Assembly (NCBI GenBank): GCA_964016885.1
Contig: OZ024745.1
Coordinates: forward strand, 100,502,001 to 100,566,000
DNA: 64,000 nucleotides
Source: Eledone cirrhosa
Lineage: Eukaryota
Reading direction: 5' to 3'
Position numbers and translations under genes: made by a program
Shown: positions 52,250 to 64,000 of the stretch, one piece after another
How positions within the stretch are numbered: the first letter of the stretch is position 1
Layout: every line of letters begins with the position of its first letter
The notes under the pieces: generated by a model
Told to the model about the DNA's origin: nothing
Database searches by the model: none
What the model saw: the letters and a program-made list of their open reading frames with translations, nothing else

Positions 52250-53290
52250 GGTTGGAATTTATCAATAAAATTCTTTTCTTTAATTTTTCTCTTGATTTCA
52301 CTTGGGCTGTGTAATTTGTAGAATGGAAATATTATGAATATTTTCTGACCACATGTTGCTAGATGGTTACTGAGGGATATCTGACGGACATTTGGGTCTC
52401 TGATTTGCTGTCGGTGTACCCGTGCACGTTCCGATAGTGTATTTCCAGTTTGACCGACTTATAGTTCTTCACAATTCGGGCATTTAATACAGTAAATTAG
52501 ATTTCTGCTTTTGCAGTTCATATTTGCTTTTGGGAATATTTTTCCAGTTTTTGTATTCATATATTGACCAGTGTGTATGGATTGACATGTGCCACATCGA
52601 CTATCATTGCATTTAGATGCAGTGAAGGATTGGTCTTTGTTGTTAAGGTCAAACTTTGCCTTTCTTAGTAATTACTTCAAATTTTTCGGCTGTCTTTTAT
52701 TAAAAGTCAAAGATCGGCCTGTGATTAAACCTTTTAATTCATTACTTTGAGCAATGATCGGTAGGTTTGCTTTGGCAGTGTTGAAGATATTCTGGTGACA
52801 TGGGTTGTGTGTCATTATAAATGGTATGACCAGTTCTTGGTTTCTTCTTCCTTGGGTTGTCCTAAGTTGTTGTATAGGTATTTTCATAGCCCACTGTATG
52901 CCATTTTCTATAAATAGAGAAGGGTATTTTTGTTTGAGCAAAAATTCTCTCAGTTCTGTTAGGCGTTTGTTCCTGGTATTCGTATCTTCTACAATGGTAC
53001 ACATTCTTCTAGCTAGGCAGGGTATGGAAGACGTATGTATATTTTCTTACTTTCATAATTTGTAATATATTTTACATAGATCACTAATAGAATGAACATA
53101 CGGAGCACTACCCCCCAGAAACGATCGTAAAATAAGGAGTTTTACTATGAATTACCCGTATTTGCATCATTTTGACCCTGCTTATTATATCGTTGAAATT
53201 TTGTATTTTAAACTTTGCTTCACGACATCTTTTACAAACGGATTACATTGAGTTCTTCATACGGCTTGGACTCTACCATTAATTGATGGA
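52250..53290 (-). mobile_element. Degraded PLE (Neptune/Poseidon-like thumb and GIY-YIG) with an inverted family D pLTR fragment (53016-53290)
   Basis: RLTELREFLLKQKYP..IPFIMTHNP; NLIYCIKCPNCEEL*VGQTG near 52440-52510; HHR 3' half GAAACGATCGTA near 53118. Confidence 0.75.
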
Positions 53291-53647
53291 TTTATTTGTG
53301 TGTATATATATATATATATATATATACATATACCTACTAACTGTTTGTGTGTTTGAGATAGATAGATAGAGAGAGTAAGAGAGACAGAGAGAGAGAGAGC
53401 GAGAAAGAGAGAGAAAGAAAGAAAGAGAGAGAGAGAGAGAGGGATACAGACATATATAGAGAGAGGGAGAGAGAGAGAGAACGGAAGGAAGTACACAATA
53501 TTGACAGATTGATAGAGAGGGAAGTTTCTACACGATGCTTGTAGTAAATAGCGTTGTGTGTCTATGTGAGTGTCTGTCTGTCACTCTGTATGTATGTATG
53601 TATGTATGTATGTATGTATGTATGTATGTATGTATGTATGTATGTAT

Positions 53648-54140
53648 GTTGGACATCCTGCAGAACTAAAAACAAAACCTGTCAAACGGCAAAGGAGCTC
53701 TTAAGAGTCAATGGCCATCCAAAATCACCGGGAGAGATGACTCCTTAGCCTTTGTCAAGGCAGAATTCTAGGAGAAGAAAAACTCTGATATAACACCTGC
53801 ATCCCTGATGGTATCCAATGATGTTGACTTGTTATTCTTTTTGGTAAATATCATCTTGGTTAAGAGAGTGGGACTGGTTTTGTGCAGTGCCTTTGCTCAC
53901 TATAAAAGCTTCACGGCACAGGCATTGCTTTGTATCTGGAGATCTCTCTGCACTTGTCGTTACATGGTACCATGGGCCCAGCACTATGTGTCAATAATTG
54001 TCACAAGTGTAGTATTTGTACCAGAGTTTTCAAGTCACTGGCTAGACTAAAAAGTCACACACGTTCAGCGCATCGGTGGGGGTTCTCCTACATGGAGATA
54101 AAGTAGTGGCCGTACTCGAAAACGAGTTGGCAGCCACCAT
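53648..54140 (+). mobile_element. Bipartite RTE-derived element, 5'-truncated
   Basis: Matches the reverse of 42993-43482; C2H2 remnant HKCSICTRVFKSLARLKSHTRSAH. Confidence 0.8.
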
Positions 54141-54349
54141 GTATGTATGTATGTATGTATGTATGTATGTATGTATGTATGTATGTATGTATGTATGTAT
54201 GTTTGTATGTATTTATGTATATATGTATGTATGTCTGTATGTATGCTTGTATATATGTATGTATGTATATATGTATATCTGTATGTCTATGTATGCCTGT
54301 CTTTCTATCTGTCTGTTTGTTTGTATGTATGTATATATGTATGTATGTT

Positions 54350-55320
54350 ATCTCTTTCTCTTAATTTCGAGTATATTTATTTGACCGGCCACCTTCCTGG
54401 TGGCAAGGTTGTAAAAGAAAAAAAATTGTCATCCCTTGAATCGCAAGAATGTTTTGCAAATTTTGAAGGTGCCAGCTATCGCAGCCATTTGTAGACTATG
54501 AATTAGGGAGCTGCGCTTTTTGTCCGCAAATCCAAGTTCAGTCATACTTTGGTCCAAGCGGGTTGGTATATAGCCCGTAGCTCCAATAATTGTATCTACT
54601 TTAGGCACAAGGCCAGCAATTACCCAGTGCATTACTGGTACTTTATTTTATCGACCCCGTAAGGATGAAAGGCAAAGTCAACCTCGGCGGGATTTAAACT
54701 CAGATTATAAAGGGACGTAACTATGCTGGAAAGCATGGCGTCCGACCCTCTACCGATACTGCCAATCCACCACCTAGACCGTAGCTCCAATAATGATGGG
54801 TATGAAGCTAAAGGTGTATCTTGGATACTGGATTTGTAAATTCCTCATCAATGGTCCGTAGATGTCCTCCTTCTCCTGTATTTTTCTGACGTTTACATCA
54901 AGTGGGCAGCTGATCTCCACAAAAGAACACGTTTTCAATGTGTGGTCCCAAACAACAATATCAGGCCGGTTGTGCTTTAATTTGGTGGCAGTTTTTATTT
55001 TCAGGTTCCACCAGTATTACTTAGTGCCATCTGTCTCAATATATTCTTCCTCGTTTGTTGTTAATTTTGTTTTCCGAAGTGCGTTCCAGATGGTTCTAGC
55101 TATCCCATCGTGTCTCATGGGGAGGTAGTTGCGAGATGACATTCTTTCACAGCTGGAAACAATGTGGCTTACATCCTCGATCTTTGTTTTACATAGCCTA
55201 CATTTATTGTCAGCTGCTGGCTCTCCCCTTTTGTGCAGCAGATATTTGGTAGGGAGTTTTTGTTCCTGTATTGCATAGAGATATCCCTCAAGGTGTGATG
55301 TCATAAACTTGTCGGAACTA
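54350..55320 (-). mobile_element. R4-like RLE LINE fragment in (CATA)n, interrupted by a SINE (54591-54778)
   Basis: CRLC..EDVSHIVSSC..RHD and KHNRPDIVVWD; SINE TSD CCGTAGCTCCAATAAT at 54575-54590 and 54779-54794. Confidence 0.85.
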
Positions 55321-55344
55321 TATGTATGTATATATGTATGTATG

Positions 55345-55785
55345 TATTAAGAGTCAATGGACATCCAAAATCACCGGGAGAGATGTCCCCTTAGCCTTTG
55401 TCAAGGCAGAATTCTAGCAGAAGGAAAACTCTGATATAACACCTGCAACCCTGATGGTATCCAATGATGTTGACTTGTTCTTCTTTTTGGTAAATATCAT
55501 CTTGGTTAAGAGAGTAGGACTGGCTTTGTGAAGTGCCTTTGCTCACTATAAAAGCTTCACGGCACAGGCATTGCTTTATATCTGGAGATCTCTCTGCACT
55601 TGTCGTCACATGGTGCCATGGGCCCAGCACTATGTGTCAATATTTATCACAGGTGTAGTGTTTGTACTAGAGTTTTCAAGTCGCTGGCTGGACTAAAAAG
55701 TCACACTTGTTTAGCGCATCGGTAGGGGTTCTCCTACATGGATATAAAGTAGTGGCCGTACTCGAAAACGAGTTGGCAGCCACCA
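55345..55785 (+). mobile_element. Bipartite RTE-derived element, 5'-truncated
   Basis: Third copy, with the same 3' end GTTGGCAGCCACC(ATGT)n. Confidence 0.8.
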
Positions 55786-55787
55786 TG

Positions 55788-55821
<34 letters not shown>

Positions 55822-57485
55822 TGTATGTATGTATGTATGTATGTATGTATGTATGTATGTATGTATGCATGTATGTATGTATGTATGTATGTATGTATGT
55901 ATGTATGTATGTTTGCATGCCTGTCATTCAGTCTCTTTGTTAGTATGTATGCATGTATGTATATTTGTACGTATGTATGTATTTATATATGTGTGTATGT
56001 GTGTATGCGTGTGTGTATGTATGTATGTATGTATGTATGTATGTATGTATGTATGTATGTATGTATGTATGTATGTATGTATGCATGCATGTCTATTTGT
56101 ATGTAGGTATGTATGTAAGCAAATGTGTTCAAGAGAGAATCGCAGACAGCGGATCAAGTTTAATGTTCGTTTAAGAGTGTAGTTAAGTGGTAAGCATCGC
56201 ATCAGTTGCTTCTTCTTTGGTAATAGTGAATTAGACACTTTGTTTAAACTTATCTTAAGCAACCTTTATCCAGCAATAATTGTTTTCATATATATTGTTC
56301 TTTAGTTGAAATTTAGAGAAGGGAGATTTCAAGAAGGACACTGAGAAATGATGTGTCTAAATGAGAAAACCTGTATCAGGAAGTATTATTATTATTTTAA
56401 ATATTTATTGTTTAATTTATTTTTACCCTGATTTAACTGTTATCAACGCTTAGCTTTGCCGAGTGCTTAAATAAGAAACAAAAATAAATAAAACCCCTCG
56501 TTTTGTTAATGTATTGCCACTTGTACTTCTTAAACAAAGACGAACAAGAAACAGGGAAAGTTAATGAAACAAACATGTTGCCAGATTTAGAGAAAAACGA
56601 ACTGGAATTTGAATGACTACACACTCATGGTTGACACGTCGCCCTACGATGAAAAAAATATATAATCAAATTATCTAAAAAATATACTCCCTTTTATTTG
56701 GAGGGATTAAACGTAAATAGCTCCATATTTTGTGAAGAAAACATAAAACACAAAATATTAACGAAAGTAGATAAATATATCGTTGTGAGAAATGACAAAA
56801 TACTATATTTCACTAATAATACAATAATTACTTGGTAAACAAATATATTATTCTTATATTTTTTTATTGGCTTCAGTCATTGGACTGCGGCCATGCTGTG
56901 TTACCATCATGATCTAGTCTGTCACATTGAGGTGGTACATATTTCATCTCTTTGTCAAACCGCTAAGGTACGGTACATAAACACAGACACAACCCCTATA
57001 AATATATATATATATATATATAAAATTAAATTAAGGTAAGGTTGTCATGTCTAAGAGACATGCTAATTCAGCTAATTCAGTTGAATGGACTCGGCTGCTA
57101 TTTCTAGCTGTCGATAATCCTAATCACACCACTGGGATGACGCGGTGCGATGTTTGTATTTTTTTATGAAATGCAACACGTGGTTCGACTCGTTCATAAA
57201 TTAGCATTTGCTGTGTAAACACAGATGGTTGGATCTTCTCCTTTGGTGACCATCCAGGATTTGACTGCTGTGATTTACGGATTAATTGGTGAAATATATT
57301 TTTTATTTAAAGAAATATATACAAAGGAGATTAATCATTTTAACAGGTACCTATATTTGAAGTTCTAGTTAAACTTTAATTAGTTACCTACCTAGCTATG
57401 TGTGCTTACACACTTTACAAATTATTCCCTGAGATTGTTTCATGTGTTTATTTTATATATATATATGTGTCAATCTATTTCTAGT

Positions 57486-57539
<54 letters not shown>

Positions 57540-57542
<3 letters not shown>

Positions 57543-58221
57543 CTTACAGCCTATTTATGTGTGGGTCACTTTAACGGTCTGATCTCATGCATCGGGTAGG
57601 AAGCGATATATTTACAAATCGTGAGGCTTTAAGCCCTATAGTATGGAAATAGCTGTCTGAAGAGCTAATTATTTCCATTGGAAATTCAGAGAATTTCCAA
57701 TCTTTTGATTAGCGAAACCGTCGGTCACAGCACGAGAACAGGTGAATATTTAAATCGTATTTTAATTTATTTAAAAGATTGTCTAATGTTTATTGTTCCG
57801 CTCATTTTTATAGTTCTGGTATCTCAAATTAGTACCATTGAACAACAATTATTATAGACACCATGTATATTTCCGTAGGTACTTAGTACCTGCTGGATAT
57901 TTATATCATTTTATATGTGGAGAACAAAATGTTGTATCGTGCTGCTATTTTTTTTTAGTGGCATGAAATGCCAAAGAGTCTATAATATCCCGTTTTTACT
58001 AACGGCCTATTTATGTGTGGGTCAATTTAACGGCCTGACCTCATGCATCGGGCAGGAAGCGATATATTTACAAACCGTGAGGCTTTATGCCCTATAGTAT
58101 GGGTTCTTTCCATTGGAAATTCTCTGAATTTCCAATCTTTTGATTAGCGAAACCGTCGGTAACAGCGCTAAAACAGGTGAATATTTAAATCGCATTTTAA
58201 TTTATTTAAAAGTTTGTTTAA
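57540..58221. repeat. Local direct duplication of about 270 bp (57540-57805 versus 57995-58221) with an internal deletion
   Basis: GCCTATTTATGTGTGGGTCA...GTTCCGCTCAT occurs twice. Confidence 0.8.
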
Positions 58222-58236
58222 TGTTTACGCGTTCCG

Positions 58237-58313
<77 letters not shown>

Positions 58314-58753
58314 CTATTTATTTATTTATTTATTTATGACAAGTAATTATGTTTTGAAACAGCGAGTTTGAAATTAGAAATAGAAGATTTCGTCGTATTT
58401 ATGAGTAAAGAGGTTTTACCCTGATAGTGGGGTTTAGAACCGTCTAAGAAATGAAAAAAATGAAGTACATGGGAGTCGAACCCACAGACCACTGTGTTAC
58501 TATTACACCAATACACACACGCACACACCAACACACACACACACAGACACACACACACATATATATATATATATACAATATGACAAACGACCAAGGTTAA
58601 CAACTTCAATTATCAAATTGCTACGTCCGTTTCAATACGGTTACAATAGTACATGCATACTTTAAACAACAGGAAATAACCAATTATCAATTAACACAAT
58701 TACAACTGCATTTCTTCAGGACAAAATGAGACATCTCCTATAATCACCTATAT

Positions 58754-58789
<36 letters not shown>

Positions 58790-58793
<4 letters not shown>

Positions 58794-60796
58794 AATTTGA
58801 AGACTAAAATCCAAAGAGGGCTCGATAAGGATAAATATATACCAAATATATAAGAACCGTAGAGCAAATATTTATTAAAATAACAGATTAAAGTTTAAGC
58901 AGAGAATCGCTGCTTTCACCCCTAACGGGATCTTCTGAAACTAAAGAAGTCAATCTCTGAAAGCAGAAGTAAATATTTCAAAAAACGTTGCAACCGGAGG
59001 AAGACAGGAAGACAATACTTTGGTTCGTGGAAACGTTCCCTGGCAAAGAACGAAAAAAAAACGAAGATAATACGTCATTATGTGGGGCGAGGAGAACAAT
59101 TACACGCAAAGACAAAACCACGTAAATGGTATAACTGAAGTCGTAGACTAAAATTCTATTTAGGAAACCGAATGATTCTTGGCTTCAGAGTTAAGAATAA
59201 AGTAAATAAAATACAGAGGTAATTGAAATTAAATAAATACGTACACGCATCCATATACGTACATACACAAGCATACGCGAAAACACACGCCATAGGTATA
59301 TAAATACAAGCACGTACACAAAAGAACCCGCACGCACATAGAGAACCCACGCAACGCCTGCACCCGCACACATACGAACTTATACACCAAATACACATAA
59401 AAAAATATTTATATATGTGTGTGTGTATGTGTGTGCGTGTATACATATAATTAATTAAACGTATATAACGCGCGCACACACATACCTAGATGTAAATACA
59501 CATATGTCCGCAGGCGTACGTCGACCAAAACACAAAGTACACATATACACACACCCTATATACATACAAACCCGCGTACTCACACAAACGCAAAAGACGC
59601 TTATACACATAACCAAATGCACATGTACCAGAAAATATAATATATACGCCATAACATATACAGGCAAATATACGTACGAGAAAGTATACGTACCTTCACA
59701 AAACATACAGGTAATATATACTTACCTATACAAATAAGTAATGGTATAAACATAACATATACTTAGCTACCACATCAAGACGTAAAATATCCGCGTTTAG
59801 TTCGTACTATCCGTTAGGGTATAATGTGGGGCTGTAATACAGGAAAGTTTTGTGCAATTTATGTTTACAAGCCGAAATTGCCTCAGATTTTTTGTTTAAG
59901 ATGTGGTCTTTGGCGTAGAGTATTTCCAGGGCCTCAGCGGCGCAGAGGTCACATGGTCTTTTATTTCCGTTATACGATCTAGCCCTAGCTAGGATCTCCC
60001 AGTGTAACTTATATTGGGTGTGGTTGTCTTTTAGACTGAGTCCAGATATGAGCTGAAAGTGACGTAATATTCCTTCTTAAAGGGTTATGAAAAGAATGGG
60101 CATGCATGTAAAGACGCTGCTTGAATCTATTGGCGGTTAACCCTATGTAGGCCCTACGGGACGTGGGTGTTTCAACCTTACATTTGTAGACAATGTTACT
60201 AGAGAGGCATTTCCAGGATAGGGGCAGTCAACCCGATTTCTACAATTACAGTTAGTACTAGCTACAGGGTTACACTTGTTCCTACGGCTAGGTAGTTTAG
60301 CTAAATTTGAAGCTGTGATGTTATGTGCAAGGTTAGGAGTCGTAGAGTAAGACATTTTAATGGTATTTCTATTAAAAATGTTACTATATTTATGTGCTGG
60401 GGGGAAATGCTTCATAATTGTTTCTACTTTAGGCACAAGGCCAGCAATTACCCAGTGTATTACTGATGCTTTGTTTTATCGACCTCGTAAGGATGAAAGG
60501 TAAAGTCAACCTCGGCGGGATTTGAACTCAGATTGTAAAGGGACGTAACTATGCGGGAAAGCATGGTGTCCGACCCTCTACCGATACTGCCAATCCAACG
60601 CCCATATGAAATGCTTCATAATAAGGGAGAGAAAGAGCTAATGGTGTGGCCACCTCCATATTATATGGTGGATTATACCATATAATGCGTCGCGATCTAT
60701 TTTTCATAGGCGTATTCCGGTTGCAACGTTTTTCGAAATATTTACTTCTGCGTTCACAGATTGACCTTTCTAGTCTCAGAAGATCCCGTTAAGGTG
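58790..60796 (-). mobile_element. Degraded Naiad-like PLE (family E pLTR) with a nested SINE (60419-60607) and an inverted pLTR piece (60715-60796)
   Basis: RSRRIIWYNPPYNMEVATP..KHFPPAHKYSNIFNRNTIKMSYS..CNCRNRVDCP; SINE TSD GAAATGCTTCATAAT at 60404-60418 and 60608-60622. Confidence 0.8.
58892..58942 (-). ncRNA. Hammerhead-like fold with CAGAAGA core (family E) in the pLTR
   Basis: AGTTT-CAGAAGA-TCCC..GGGT-GAAA-GCAG..CTGC-TT-AAACT. Confidence 0.55.
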
Positions 60797-61753
60797 CTTC
60801 TTTCGGCAGGATAAATACGCGGAAACAAAAAATAAGATAAACCCCTATTTTCCTGCACCAAATCGCATTGGAACTGAAGCCCCCGCAATTCAATCTATAC
60901 ATTGACAGATTGACAATCATATGGATCATTTTGCATATATGTACTCTGTGTTTTTGCATTTCTTCATTATTGGTTCTTTTCTTTTGTGTACTTTATGTGT
61001 TATTCTTTGGTTTTGTTCCATGTGATGGAAATTATGACTGTGTACCGGATTGACTAATGCCTTGAATACTGTAGTTTGCCCTCCGTTATAATGTACGGCA
61101 CTGTCGTTCAATATGTGGATGGAATAACTGTGACACTAGAACCTCTCTCAGAACTTCTTACTTAAACATCTCTCTCCATATTATTTACTCACTTCAATCT
61201 ATATTTTTTTACTCACCTCAATCCGGATTCTCACTTGAAACATTTTTAATTTCTAATTGTTCATTTTTTAATTGTTTAATTTATAATTTCTGATATTTGA
61301 TTTAGGATTTAAATTTTTATTTCCAACTTTCACTCTTAACTTCCAATGTAAAACCATGATACCTAGAATTAAGTTTATTTTCCCTTATGAGTTGATGGTC
61401 AGTCGTACTGTCCACGCTTAGTGAGAGGTAGTATTATGACCTGTAAAAACTAACACTCTCCCATCCCCTCTGGCTTTCGACTGACTGCCACAGTCGGGAT
61501 GGGTAGCAGTAAACTATGGTACATGTCTGGGTGGGCCATTGTTTGGCTGAGAGGGTGAACTGACTAAGCGAATTTCGTTGAAATCTGCAGTAGCTAATGG
61601 TCAACTTCCCTCGGACATGCGCCTGCGCAGACCTGTGGGGGTGAATTGGTACTCACAGGGGAACGGATGAAAAACCCCAAAGCACGCACTTCATCCGTTC
61701 CCATGTCGATTCAATTTGGATTGCCTCGGAAACATAACCTTATTATGTAACAA

Positions 61754-61827
61754 GCTGTCTGATGATGTCACGACACTCGCACACAGAACAGTGTGGCCAG
61801 TGTCGTCATTGAAATATGTATCACAGC
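61754..61827 (+). ncRNA. Type I hammerhead (family A, second copy, within repeat 61589-61880)
   Basis: GCTGT-CTGATGA-..ACGACACT..AGTGTCGT..-GAAA-TATGTA-TC-ACAGC. Confidence 0.75.
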
Positions 61828-61962
61828 ATTATTATTAAAGGACTTGAACATCTGAAACTACTTCGCTTTTCCTTATTCGATATTTACTCCGTCACTCCTA
61901 TGTGGAAAAAGTACGTTGAGTGCTTGAATTGAATTGCATCAATATTTACCCTAATATATATA

Positions 61963-62459
61963 CTTCTACGGCTTCGATATAAATACCCCCTCCGCCTCCG
62001 TGGTATTTTCTTCGGGGTTATAAGAGGCTTAGCTCTGTTTCTCGACCGTTATATCGCGTGACTATCTCCCCCTCCGCCTTTTGGGATTCTTTCTCACGTC
62101 GTGTAGACGCGTTCTTGAGACTAGTAAAATGAGGTATCCTCTTGATAAGTCGGCAGACCTCGCAAGGACTCTATATCTTTATGATGTATTGTTTTTGTTT
62201 ATGCCACGAAACTACGTAGTCGAGGAATCTAGGAGCAGTTTAGGTATGATACATTTTATTACTAATTATATCTAAATGTTTCTTCTCTCTTCATAATGTA
62301 TTTTTAACTCTGATACTGGTTCAGTCTAGTTCAACCGGATTGGTCTGTCCCAGTCATTCATTGAGCAACATCGGTGAAGTTGGCACCCTTAACTCACGGT
62401 TGGGTGCGGATGCATTCATGTATATGTGTGTGTCCGCATGTATCTGTGTGTTTCTAAAT
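61963..62459 (+). mobile_element. Solo 5'-truncated copy of the 591-bp family B unit, with HHR at 62137-62226
   Basis: Reverse-complement match to the array unit with scattered substitutions; same 3' end (TTTCTAAAT) followed by (TA)n; TTGATAA and GAAACTACGTAGTC core conserved. Confidence 0.9.
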
Positions 62460-62465
62460 ATATTG

Positions 62466-62515
<50 letters not shown>

Positions 62516-64000
62516 CGTAAACATATTAACCCCTTCTACCATCGTTTTTTGGTTACATATTCCTCGGACTTATATTCGAATATATACGGTATATGTGCTT
62601 ATATACATATCCATAATATGCATATGCATAGAGTTAGCTTCTGTTTCTAGCGATGTGAGTGACCACGTAGCGGCTTACTCATCGGTGTATTAAGTTGGTT
62701 GGTTTGCGTGTTGCCGCAAGATATAAAGCAAATGTCAAAATACAATTTTATCATTCAAAATATATTTCTAGGAGTTTACAAATAGATCTCGAGTTGTAGT
62801 TTCATTGTAGAAAATGTTAAATGGATATAACCTATTCGGTTATGAATCGCATGGATTTATCATTTAATCCTTGCTGGCCTTCGGGCTTTGTAGTATTAAA
62901 CCATCGATAAACAAATATTTTCTGTCTCAAAAGCGGTAAATAAAGCTTTCAGTCTACTTCTAAAATAAATGATCTAAATCTAAATCGTTTCATTCAAAAA
63001 CCAGCATACTGAATTTTACTTCTGGCAGAAACAATAGCTTTGATAAATATCTATGTTTTAGGCAAGACAAAATACTTTTGTTGATAGGAGGTTAGTAAAA
63101 TGTTGAAAGTATTGTTATTTCTGGAATGCAGAAACAAAAAAATCTTCGCTCAAATGTTATTTAATATTCATACTCCAACTCAACGACTGACTATCACATA
63201 AAAACCGCTACACAAAAATGTATATATGATATATAAACATAAAAAAAATATTTCTATATTACTGGTCAGTTTTAGTTGGTATATAATAGTTTCCCTACAG
63301 GATGTTGCTTGCCTTTTAACTGAAATATTATCTCAAATAAGGAGTAAGCTGCTTCCATAAACAAAACAAAACAATGTATATGATTGATCGAATGACGTAT
63401 TCTTCTTAGAATATGTTTCCCGTCCCAGAAAACAATGGTTGGAAACATGATACTTGAATAATGTCACTACAATTAATTAGCTGAACTGTGACAATGTGTT
63501 TGATACTTTGGGGACAAAATATAGTTTATGTATTTTGTTTCTCATTATTTATTTCAGGATACTTTTAAAGGCGTGAGATTTGCTGAAAATGTGTTCTGAC
63601 CAACTTTTAGAAAAAACTATTGTAGGCTATTTTTGAATATATTCTATCATATAATTAACCACATAAATTATAAGGTTCAAACATTGATTTTAATTAACAG
63701 TTAATGTACTCAGGCGTAATTATTTGCACATTGGGGAAAATGAGCTGGAAGAAATAGGATCACTTTTAGATTAATTGCTGAAAGTATCGTGTTTAATTGC
63801 TCTGTCCTTTGAGTTCAAATCCCGGCGGAGTTTTAATTTTTAAACTGTCTACCTTAGAACAAAAATGACAAGTTATGTATTGTCTAAGGTTTATCAATTA
63901 TACATTTTCTAGTGGCTAGTGATGAAAAATAACTATCTTTACTTTAGAATAGATGTAGAGACTTAAATTCAAAGAAGAATGTGGGTGGGAGACCTAACTT

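Overview
AT-rich, microsatellite-dense eukaryotic DNA. The repeat families suggest a cephalopod (Octopus-like), but this is inferred, not proven. No complete host gene is visible, and most ORF-track entries are microsatellite artefacts. The window is mostly retroelement debris: a Tx1/L1-type LINE 3' half, several R4/Dong-like RLE LINE fragments in (TAA)n and (CATA)n, a bipartite non-autonomous RTE family, a CR1/L2-like fragment, many tRNA-derived SINEs (often head-to-tail), hAT and Tc1/mariner-type MITEs, and at least three Penelope-like elements (PLEs). The most striking feature is a set of type I hammerhead ribozyme (HHR) folds read by eye from the sequence: six unrelated families and about 15 complete copies. 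Two families have a compensatory U3-A8 core and one has a non-canonical A4 core. The centrepiece is a near-identical 591-bp tandem array (13300-15730) with one HHR per unit and a terminal inverted HHR arm, resembling a retrozyme or circular-RNA-producing non-autonomous PLE; a dispersed solo copy lies at about 62 kb. All folds were assigned manually and need covariance-model and biochemical confirmation.
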